A DNA stretch of 59,280 bases from Anaerolineae bacterium. GTDB lineage: Bacteria; Chloroflexota; Anaerolineae; S140-20. The notes beneath the pieces were generated by a model. The model had not been told where the DNA came from. It made no database searches and saw only the letters and a list, made by a program, of their open reading frames with translations. Shown here piece by piece: positions 19,335 through 27,632 of the stretch. The number at the start of each line of letters is the position of its first letter. Position 1 is the stretch's first letter. The position numbers and the translations under genes are program-made. The stretch lies in assembly GCA_027021705.1 (NCBI GenBank), contig JALUTT010000037.1:1-59280 (forward strand). The letters are read 5' to 3'.

Positions 19335-20404
19335 CGCTCACCTCCCTTGGCCTCGTGGCAGGTGAGGCATCCATCCAACGGCCACCCCTTGTGGTCCAGC
19401 GGCGCGGGGGCGATGAGGCCGTCCACGCCGTGGCAGAGCTCGCACCGGGCCATCTCCCCCTCGACGCCGTGGGCGGTGATGGGCATCGGCGTGGGGGTGG
19501 GCGGGGTGAGCAGCCGGGGAGGCGGCGTTGGGGTGATGGCGGCGACTCGGGGGAGCGTCTCCAGGACCACCGGCTGGTAGGGCTCCACCTCGGCGGCCCG
19601 CCGGGGCACCGTCGTGATGGCCGTCTCCTCGATGGTCAGGAAGCGCCAGATGCCCACGAGCAGGAGGACGGCGAGGAGGGTGGCGACGGGAACGTAGCGC
19701 CGTTCCCGGGCCCAGCGCCGGTCGGGAGGCGGGGGCCGATGGACCTCGCCCCGCCGCAGGCGCTCTAGCTCCATCGCGTGCTCCTCCTGCATCGCCTCCT
19801 CGTCCAGGTAGCCGGTGAAGATGCTGGTGTTGAAGTGGCGCAGGTGGACGAAGTAGGAGTGCCAGGTCAAGATGGAAAGCACGGCCAGGAGGGCCTCCAT
19901 CCCGTGGGCGGTCTTGGCAGCCGGAACGAACTCCCCCGGCAGGAAGCGGGTGGCGACGATGGGGTTCCACAGGATGAAGCCGGTGAGGGCCATCAGCGCG
20001 GTGCCCCACACCACCGCCCAGTACTCCAGCTTCTCGACGAAGTTGTAGCGCTCGAAGCGGGGCGGATGGGCGACGAGCCCCAGGCTGTACTTCACCGCCT
20101 GGACGAAGTCGGCCACGTCCTTGCGGGCCGGCAGCATGGTGGGCGACTGGTGCAGCACGTAGATGCGGTACCCGACCACGACCAGGTGGTAGATGGAGAC
20201 CAGGACCAGGACAACGGCGGCGGTGTGGTGGATGACGCGGGTCTGCTCGATCCCCCCCAGCGCCCGGAAGATGGCCACCGCCCAGCCGGTGTCCGGGTAC
20301 TTCTGGGGCAGGCCGGTGATGGCCAGAATGGTGAAGGAAAGCATCAGCAGCAAGTGCTGCACCCGATCCGAGAGGGAGAAGCGGAGATAACGGCGTGTGG
20401 TCAT
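19331..20404 (-). CDS. Cytochrome b (FdnI-like) fused to a C-terminal diheme c domain
   Basis: RFS..DRVQH, RVIHH, RYNFVEKLEYW, AHGMEA, WHSY; CELCH and CLTCH. Confidence 0.85.
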   Translation of the reverse strand: MTTRRYLRFSLSDRVQHLLLMLSFTILAITGLPQKYPDTGWAVAIFRALGGIEQTRVIHHTAAVVLVLVSIYHLVVVGYRIYVLHQSPTMLPARKDVADFVQAVKYSLGLVAHPPRFERYNFVEKLEYWAVVWGTALMALTGFILWNPIVATRFLPGEFVPAAKTAHGMEALLAVLSILTWHSYFVHLRHFNTSIFTGYLDEEAMQEEHAMELERLRRGEVHRPPPPDRRWARERRYVPVATLLAVLLLVGIWRFLTIEETAITTVPRRAAEVEPYQPVVLETLPRVAAITPTPPPRLLTPPTPTPMPITAHGVEGEMARCELCHGVDGLIAPAPLDHKGWPLDGCLTCHEAKGGER

Positions 20405-21531
20405 GACCTAGCCCTCCTCAGCCGCTTCCGCAAGCGCTGCTGGACGTCCAGGGCGATGTAGAGCAGGAAGAAACCCAGGACCGTCGGGATCAGGATTCGG
20501 TAGAACCAGGTGACGCCCGTCACGATGGGGTAACTCCCCCAATCGGGGCGGTAGTGCCCTACCCAACTGTTGGCGAAGCTGGCCGAGGCGTCGGGGTGGC
20601 ATTGGCGGCAGGTCTCGACCAGGTTGGACTTCACGCCCACGTAGCCGGCCTCCTCCGGCGTGAGGATGGCGTGGGCCCCGTGGCAGTCGGTGCAGACCGC
20701 CTTGTTGGTGGGCTGGTCTGGGGTCGTCTTCTCGAAGATGAGCACCGTCGTGCCGTGGAAGTCGGCCACGTAGGTGTCGAAGACCGCCGTGGAGATCCCG
20801 TACTGGGCCATCAGCTTCTTGTCGGCGTGGCACTGGCCGCAGAGCTGGGGCGACTTCAAGCGAAAGGCCAGCGTGCGCGGGTCTTCGATGGTGTGGGCCG
20901 GATGGCAGGTGATGCAGTTGGGCACCACCTTGTTCCCCTCGTAGAGGTCCCGACCGTGGATGCTGCGGCGGTACTCCTCGTAGATCCCGCTGTGGCACCG
21001 GTGGCAGACCTCGACGGCCAGGGTGCGGGGAACCTCCGGGTGCTTCTCGCGGGCGATCCAGCGGACGTCGTGGCCGCCGTGGCAGTCCACGCAGGTCGCC
21101 GCCTCCCGGACCCCGGCGGCCATCGCCCGGGCGTGCACGCTGTCCACCCGCTTCTGGGCTTCCTCCTCGTGGCAGTTGGCGCAGGACTGGCTGTAGTAGA
21201 TGACCAGGTCTCGGTAGTCCTGGACCGGCGGGTCGCCGTGGGGATACCCCCACAGGTCGCTGTGGCAGTCCTGACAGTGCACCTCCTGGCTGGCGTGATC
21301 GCCGTGGGCGGAGATGCGCAGCGCCTCGGCGTCCACGGTGACCGGGAGCAGTTCCCCGGAGGGGAGCACCATCGTCAGCCCCTCCTTCTCGTGGCAAGCC
21401 AGGCAGACCTGGTCGTCCATCGGCGGCGGGTCGGCCACCGGCGGCGGCCCCTCGGCGCCGACGGCCCGGACCGACAGCCCCAGCAGCGCCAGGACGATCC
21501 CCACCACGACCCCCCAACGTCGCAGGCTCAT
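20401..21531 (-). CDS. Nonaheme cytochrome c with C-terminal TM
   Basis: 9 CxxCH motifs, signal peptide. Confidence 0.9.
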   Translation of the reverse strand: MSLRRWGVVVGIVLALLGLSVRAVGAEGPPPVADPPPMDDQVCLACHEKEGLTMVLPSGELLPVTVDAEALRISAHGDHASQEVHCQDCHSDLWGYPHGDPPVQDYRDLVIYYSQSCANCHEEEAQKRVDSVHARAMAAGVREAATCVDCHGGHDVRWIAREKHPEVPRTLAVEVCHRCHSGIYEEYRRSIHGRDLYEGNKVVPNCITCHPAHTIEDPRTLAFRLKSPQLCGQCHADKKLMAQYGISTAVFDTYVADFHGTTVLIFEKTTPDQPTNKAVCTDCHGAHAILTPEEAGYVGVKSNLVETCRQCHPDASASFANSWVGHYRPDWGSYPIVTGVTWFYRILIPTVLGFFLLYIALDVQQRLRKRLRRARS

Positions 21532-23060
21532 GGCTGCACCTCCTCTTCCACCGGCTCCGGGACCTCGGTGACGATGACGTCGCGGTTGGCGGCCCGCTCC
21601 TCCGGCGCGACATCCGCCTCCGTCAGGAAGAGCGCCGTCTGGCCGTGGCAGGCGTTGCAGCGCTCGTTCTGGGGCGTGATGCGGCGCGTGTTGTGGGGCG
21701 TCGTGTACTTCCAGGTGGGCAGGTTGTCGTAGCCGGGGAGCAGGTCCTCCCCGTAGTAGCCGAAGAGGTCCGCCGTGGTCGGCACGTGGCGCAGGAGGAC
21801 GTAGTTCCAGGGCCGCTCCGGGCTCTTCACCGGGTTGCGCCCGATCTTGAAGGTCAGGGCCGAGGGGTCCGAGGTGAAGTAGGGAAGCCCCTTGTCGTCC
21901 CGGCCCACGTGGCAGTTGAAGCAGGACTTGTAGGGGCCTGCGGCGTGGCAGACCTGGCAGTCCAGGCCCTCCAGGTGGGTCTCGTCGTGCTGGGTGATCC
22001 CGTCACCCACCCGCACGGTGTCGTGGCAACCGCTCTCGGTGCAGGAAGGACGGGGAGCGCCGGCGTAGCGGGTGCCGTGCCCGCCGTAGTGGTACTCCTC
22101 CAGGGTGTGGCAGCGGGTGCAGGGCATCCCTTCCCGCTCCCAGTGCACGTCGGCGGGGATGCCCTCGTGCTTGCCCTTGTACTCGTCGTTGATGCGAGCG
22201 CTGTGGCAGCCGCCGCAGGTGGTGAAGACGGAAGCCACCCGCTTCACCTTGTGTCCGGCGATGAGCCCTCCTTCCAGGGCGCGGGGCCGGCTGACGTGGC
22301 AATCCCCACAGTCGGCGTGACACCCGATGCAGTGGGTCTGATAGGCCCGGACCGTCGCCGGATCGGTGAAGTCAGCGCCTCGGGCTTCCAGCACGGCCTG
22401 ATAGCCCCACAGCATCCGGTGCAGCCCCTCCCGCGCCTGCCGGACCAGCCCCACGTGGCAGGTGCCGCAGGCCCGCTCCGGCTCCTGGCCCGCCTTGGGC
22501 AGGAGCCCCTGGTGGGCGGCCTCCTTGTCATCGGTGTCGGGGGTCCCGCCGTGGCAGGCGATGCACCCCGGCTCGCTGTGCACATCCTCCAGGAACTCCG
22601 GATCCACCAAGACCTTCTGCCATACCTCCAACGGAGGTAGCCCTCCTGCTCACCCCTCCCCCGAGGTCATCTCCGACTTGGGCTTCTCCGGCTCCTCGGC
22701 CAGCTCCTTCAACCGCTCCTTGTCCGTGTGACAGGTGACGCAGTTCTCAGAGGAGGGAACGGGCGTCGGCGTGGCGTCCGGCGGAGGGGCCTGGGAGGAC
22801 ATCTCCCCTTGGGGGGCCGAGGCCAAGGCCGAGGGCCCTGCCCCCCCCGCCTCGTCGGAGGAGGGCCGGACGCCCAAGCGGCCGTCGGGTTGGGGGGCCG
22901 GGAGGTCCGCCCCGGCAGCCGGGCGGCCCCAAGCTTGGGCAGGCGCAGACCTCGGGCCTCCCGTCCACCAGACCGCCCCGCCGGCCAGCACCAGAACGAT
23001 GACCACCAGGGCGATCCACCCGCCCCAACGCCAACGGGGCATCCGCATTCCTCGCTGCAT
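21528..23060 (-). CDS. Putative selenocysteine-containing multiheme cytochrome c (510 aa, Sec137)
   Basis: ORFs 22650-23060 and 21528-22631 are in frame, separated only by TGA 22652-22650 (SGEG-U-AGGLPPLE); 10 CxxCH + 1 CX4CH; SECIS-like hairpin; AGGAGG RBS before ATG 23060. Confidence 0.75.
22623..22649 (-). promoter_or_regulatory. Bacterial SECIS-like stem-loop
   Basis: UGA, then 10 nt, then UACCUCC-GUU-GGAGGUA with a G-first apical loop. Confidence 0.65.
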
Positions 23061-23164
23061 TGACTGCCTCCTCACCGGCCGGGGGAGGGGAGTCCGGTCG
23101 GCCCCCCTTCCCCCGGCTTTTCCGTGGGGTTCGTGTCCGAACGGGATTCCGGCGTCAAGCTACC

Positions 23165-25204
23165 CTACTGCTGCACAGGGTAGTCGGGCTGGGTTTCGGG
23201 GTTGAAGCGCGGCTTCGCCAGCACGTCGTCGTCCTTCGTCCAGCCCATCATCCCGAAGAGCAGGTTCGTCGCGTCGTAGCCCAGGACGTTCAGGACGGTG
23301 GTGGCGATGCCCCCGGTGTGGCCCGTGTAGCAGTAGACCACGATGGGCTGATCCGGCGGCAGCTTCTTCAGGTTCTCCGGGTCGGCCAGGGCCTTCCAGG
23401 GGATGTTGACGGCCCCGGGGATGTGCCCCTTAGCGTAATCCTCCGGCTTGCGCACCGACAGGATGAAGGGGTCATTGCTCTCGTCGCCGTCGTTCAAGAT
23501 GTCGTAGAGGTCCTGGGCCTTGATGACCGGTGGCTTGTCCGAGGAGAGGTAAGCATCCACGGCGGCCCGGACGATCTCCTCGGGGGTATCCCCGCTCACC
23601 TCCAGATCCGGGAAGGGGTAGGTCTCCGTGGGCTCGTTGGGCTCCGTCTCGAGGGGGTAGTCGGGCTGGGTTTCGGGGTTGAAGCGCGGCTTCGCCAGCA
23701 CATCGTCGTCCTTCGTCCAGCCCATCATCCCGAAGAGCAGGTTCGTCGCATCGTAGCCCATCAGGTTCAGGGCCGTCGCAGCCACCGCCCCGGTATGGCC
23801 CGTGTAGCAGTAATCCACGATGGGCTTGTCCTTGGGCAGCTTCGCCAGATTCTCCGGGTCGGCCAGGGCCTTCCAGGGGATGTTGACGGCCCCGGGGATG
23901 TGCCCCTTGGCGTAATCCTCCGGCTTGCGCACCGACAGGATGAAGGGGTCGTTGCTCTCGTCGCCGTCGTTCAAGATGTCGTAGAGGGCCTGGGCCTTGA
24001 TGACCGGCGGCTTGTCCGAAGTCAGGTAGGCCTCGGCGGCCTGTCGGACGACCTCGAAGGCACTGGCCGCCGCGCCGCTCTCGACGGGGTAGTCGGGCTG
24101 GGTTTCGGGGTTGAAGCGCGGCTTGGCCAGCACGTCGTCGTCCTTCGTCCAGCCCATCATCCCGAAGAGCAGGTTCGTCGCATCGTAGCCCAGGGTGTTC
24201 AGGATGGTAGTAGCGATGCCCCCGGTGTGGCCCGTGTAGCAGTAGACCACGATGGGCCGGTCCGTGGGCAGCTTCTTCAGGTTCTCCGGGTCGGCCAGGG
24301 CCTTCCAGGGGATGTTGACGGCTCCGGGGATGTGCCCCTTGGCGTAGTCCTCCGGCTTGCGCACCGACAGGATGAAGGGGTCGTTGCTCTCGTCGCCGTC
24401 GTTCAAGATGTCGTAGAGGTCCTGGGCCTTGATGACCGGCGGCTTGTCCGAGGACAGGTAGGCGGCCACGGCCGCCCGGACCATCTCGGCCGGCACCTCG
24501 CCGCCCACCCGAGGCTTAGGCAGCTCGTAGGTCTCCGTGGGCTCGTTGGGCTCCGTCTCAAGGGGGTAGTCGGGCTGGGTTTCGGGGTTGAAGCGTGGCT
24601 TGGCCAGCACGTCGTCGTCTTTCGTCCAGCCCATCATCCCGAAGAGCAAGTTCGTCGCATCGTAGCCCAGGAGGTTGAGGGCCGTCGTGGCGATGGCCCC
24701 CGTGTGGCCCGTGTAGCAGTAGACGACGATGGGCCGGTCCGTGGGCAGCTTCGCCAGGTTCTCCGGGTCGGCCAGAGCCTTCCAGGGGATGTTGACGGCC
24801 CCGGGGATGTGCCCCTTGGCGTAGTCCTCCGGCTTGCGCACCGACAGGATGAAGGGGTCGTTGCTCTCGTCGCCGTCGTTCAGGATCTCGTAGAGGTCCT
24901 GGGCCTTGATGACCGGCGGCTTGTCCGAGGAGAGGTAGGTGGCCACCGCCTCCAGGACCGCGCCGAAGGCATCAACCTCCGGCTTGGGGGTGGGGGTGGG
25001 AGGCACCGGCGTCGGCGTGGGCGGGGGTGGCGTCGGCGTCGGCGGAACCGGCGTGGGGGTGGGCATCGGCGTCGCCGTCGGCGGGGGCGACGTGGGCGTG
25101 GGAGGCACCGGCGTCGCCGTCGGCGTCGGGGCTGCCTGACCACACCCGGCGGTGAAGACGAGGATTAGGGCGAGCAGGATCAGGGTCCACGATCTCCGCT
25201 TCAT
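23165..25204 (-). CDS. Lipoprotein with four rhodanese domains
   Basis: Lipobox FTAGC, Pro/Thr linker, 4x [19 protein letters not shown]. Confidence 0.9.
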   Translation of the reverse strand: MKRRSWTLILLALILVFTAGCGQAAPTPTATPVPPTPTSPPPTATPMPTPTPVPPTPTPPPPTPTPVPPTPTPKPEVDAFGAVLEAVATYLSSDKPPVIKAQDLYEILNDGDESNDPFILSVRKPEDYAKGHIPGAVNIPWKALADPENLAKLPTDRPIVVYCYTGHTGAIATTALNLLGYDATNLLFGMMGWTKDDDVLAKPRFNPETQPDYPLETEPNEPTETYELPKPRVGGEVPAEMVRAAVAAYLSSDKPPVIKAQDLYDILNDGDESNDPFILSVRKPEDYAKGHIPGAVNIPWKALADPENLKKLPTDRPIVVYCYTGHTGGIATTILNTLGYDATNLLFGMMGWTKDDDVLAKPRFNPETQPDYPVESGAAASAFEVVRQAAEAYLTSDKPPVIKAQALYDILNDGDESNDPFILSVRKPEDYAKGHIPGAVNIPWKALADPENLAKLPKDKPIVDYCYTGHTGAVAATALNLMGYDATNLLFGMMGWTKDDDVLAKPRFNPETQPDYPLETEPNEPTETYPFPDLEVSGDTPEEIVRAAVDAYLSSDKPPVIKAQDLYDILNDGDESNDPFILSVRKPEDYAKGHIPGAVNIPWKALADPENLKKLPPDQPIVVYCYTGHTGGIATTVLNVLGYDATNLLFGMMGWTKDDDVLAKPRFNPETQPDYPVQQ

Positions 25205-25391
25205 TGGCTTCTCCTCCTCAGTGTGCTCTAGCGTGCTCTGCGTTCTCCGGGTCGGACCTCCGGGGTCGGGAAACGCCTCCCCATCGGGGGGCAACGAGGG
25301 GATGAATGTCCGACGGAAAGGGTGACATTCAACCCTTGCCCTTTGTACCACAGGGGCCTATAATCGTATAGTGATGTTTGTCACATATCTC

Positions 25392-25432
25392 CATTGGGTC
25401 CGGTTATGGAGTTGCCATAAGGGGAAATTATG
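25392..25432. promoter_or_regulatory. LysR-type binding boxes
   Basis: CATAA-N7-TTATG (T-N11-A) at 25416-25432 and a weaker CATTG-N7-TTATG at 25392-25408 in the divergent intergenic region. Confidence 0.6.
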
Positions 25433-25448
25433 AGAGGGGAGGGGAGTG

Positions 25449-26420
25449 ATGCTCAACCTGAATGACCTGGCCGTCTTCCTGGCAGCGGCGGAGACCTGCA
25501 ACTTCAGCGAGGCGGGGCGGCGGCTGCACCTCTCGCAGCCGGCGGTGAGCCAGACCATCCGCCGGTTAGAAGAGCGGTTCGGCACCCGGCTCTTCCGGCG
25601 GGATGGTCACTGCGTGCGCCTGACCGAGGCGGGCCAGGTCCTGGTGCCGATGGCCCGGGAGCTGCTGGTGGCGGCCAAGCGGCTGGAGGAGACGATGGCC
25701 TCGCTGCAAGGGGCGGTGGTGGGGGAGATGACCATCGGCTGCTCCACCTCCTCGGGGCGCTACCTGCTCCCCGGCCTCATCGCCCGCTTCCGCGCCCGCT
25801 ACCCCAACGTCCGCGTCAACGTCCACATCCACGCCCGGCGGGAGGTGCTGGACCGGCTTTTGGACGGGCGGCTCGGCTTCGGCGTGAGCAGCAAGCGGGT
25901 GGAGCATCGAGACCTGGAGTACCAGCACTTCTTCACCGACGAGGTGATCCTGATCGTGCCGGCGGACCACCCCTGGGCCGGCTACCGGCGGGTCTTCCCC
26001 GATGACCTGCTGGACGAGCCGATGATCCTGCGGGAGGAGGAGGCGGGAACGCGGGAGGTGCTGCTGGAGGGGCTGTTGGAGCACGACATCTCGCCGGACA
26101 TGCTCCAGGTGGCGATGGTTCTGGGCAGCGCCGAGGCCATTGGGCGGGCGGTGGCCGAGGGGATCGGCGTCGCCTTCGTCTCGCGGATCGCCGTGGCCCA
26201 GGGGTTGGCCTTGGGGCAGGTGGTGGAGGTTGCCGTCGAGGGGCTGGACCTACGCCGGGAGATCTACCTGGTGCGCAATCGGAGCCGGCCCTTCACCCGG
26301 GCCCAGGCGGCCTTCTGGGAGTTCGTGAAGGCCCTCCCCGAGGAGCTGGACGCGGGAACCTTCCCCTCGCTGGCCCCCGTCTGCTACACCCCCGGCGAAG
26401 GGCTTTCTGTGCCTATTTAG
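25449..26420 (+). CDS. LysR family regulator (CysL-like)
   Basis: NFSEAGRRLHLSQPAVSQ HTH; IGCST, REEEAGTRE, GSAEAI. Confidence 0.92.
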   Translation: MLNLNDLAVFLAAAETCNFSEAGRRLHLSQPAVSQTIRRLEERFGTRLFRRDGHCVRLTEAGQVLVPMARELLVAAKRLEETMASLQGAVVGEMTIGCSTSSGRYLLPGLIARFRARYPNVRVNVHIHARREVLDRLLDGRLGFGVSSKRVEHRDLEYQHFFTDEVILIVPADHPWAGYRRVFPDDLLDEPMILREEEAGTREVLLEGLLEHDISPDMLQVAMVLGSAEAIGRAVAEGIGVAFVSRIAVAQGLALGQVVEVAVEGLDLRREIYLVRNRSRPFTRAQAAFWEFVKALPEELDAGTFPSLAPVCYTPGEGLSVPI

Positions 26421-27053
26421 TCCACAGTCCACAGTCCACAGTCCTCAGTCCGCACTTGGTCGCTTGGTCATCTAGTCGCTTGGTCGAGTAGTCCTCAGTC
26501 CTCAGTCCTCAGTCCTCGGTCCATAGTCCATCGCTATGCCGCTAGGCCGCTAGCCGCTAGGCCGCTAGCCGCTACGCCGCTATGCCGCTAACCACTACGC
26601 CGCTACGCCGCTCGTCCCCTGCCCCTCAGTGCCTCGGCCCTCGGTGCCTCCCCCCGCCGGGCCGCTATGCCGCCAGCCGCTATGCCGCCCTGGAACGGAT
26701 AGCTGTCAGCGGATTTGAGAACGGATTGAGCGGATGGGAGACGTAGTCCTCGGTCCTCAGTCCTCGGTCCTCAGTCCGCCGCTAAGCCGCTATGCCGCTC
26801 GATCGGCGGTCCGCGGTCGGACGCAGTCCACAGTCCACAGTCCTCAGTCCTCGGTCCATAGTCCGTCGCTATGCCGCTCGATCGGCGGTCCGCGGTCGGT
26901 CGTCGGCGGTCGGACGCAGTCCACAGTCCTCAGTCCTCAGTCCTCAGTCCATAGTCCATCGCTATGCCGCTAGGCCGCTAGCCGCTAGGCCGCTAGGCCG
27001 CTACGCCCCTCGCCCCTCGCCCCTCAGTGCCTCGGCCCTCGGTGCCTCCCCCT
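26419..27053 (-). repeat. Two to three tandem composite repeat blocks
   Basis: CAGTCCA/CAGTCCT, TTGGTCGC, GCTATGCC, GCCCCTC modules ending in AGTGCCTCGGCCCTCGGTGCCTCCCCC. Confidence 0.85.
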
Positions 27054-27266
27054 ACTCCGCCATTCCAACGCCTTCCGTTGGAGTTCGAGCGCAGTGTACT
27101 GATCGCGGTAATCCCGCAGGACGCCGGCCCAATCTTGGCGGAGCTTCCTGCCCGCTTTCGGGCGGTGCTTCATCAGAAGAAATTCCACAAAATCCCTGAC
27201 CACCCTCTGCGCATAGGGCGGTAGCTCTTTGACGAGTTCCGGTAGGGGCTTAACGGCCATACCCAT
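27024..27266 (-). CDS. DUF2281-type antitoxin-like small protein
   Basis: LVKELPP..VRDFVEFLL..LRQDWAG.L..YTALELQ.KALEWR; GAGGAG RBS; C-terminus runs into the repeat. Confidence 0.75.
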   Translation of the reverse strand: MGMAVKPLPELVKELPPYAQRVVRDFVEFLLMKHRPKAGRKLRQDWAGVLRDYRDQYTALELQRKALEWRSRGRHRGPRH

Positions 27267-27339
27267 TGCCCGCTCCTCATCCGAAAAACTCAAACGAACA
27301 CCGTTCTGTGCCGAATCCAGACGGACAATCCGCGGTAGA

Positions 27340-27369
27340 AGTATACCACTTCCACCCGCCGGTGCCCAA
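27340..27369 (-). promoter_or_regulatory. Promoter of the DUF2281 gene
   Basis: TTGGGC-18 bp-TATACT abutting the repeat block. Confidence 0.5.
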
Positions 27370-27371
27370 CG

Positions 27372-27632
27372 CAGTCCACAGTTCACAGTCCGCAGTCCTC
27401 AGTCCGTACTTGGTCGCTTGGTCGGGTGGTCACTTGGTCGGGTGGTCGAGTAGTCCTTGGTCCTCAGTCCTCAGTCCTCGGTCCATAGTCCATCGCTATG
27501 CCGCTATGCCGCCAGCCGCTATGCCGCTACGCCGCTACGCCGCTATGCCGCTAACCACTACGCCGCTAGCCACTACGCCCCTCGCCCCTCGCCCCTCAGT
27601 GCCTCGGCCCTCGGTGCCTCCCCCCGCCGGGC
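27372..27632 (-). repeat. Composite repeat block
   Basis: Same module order as 26419-26662. Confidence 0.85.

Noticed and set aside
23060..25168. 702-aa plus-strand repetitive ORF
   Set aside because: Antisense shadow of the rhodanese gene
26419..27632. Possible CRISPR array or integron attC array
   Set aside because: No constant repeat with unique equal-length spacers, no cas or integrase gene, no attC core sites recognised
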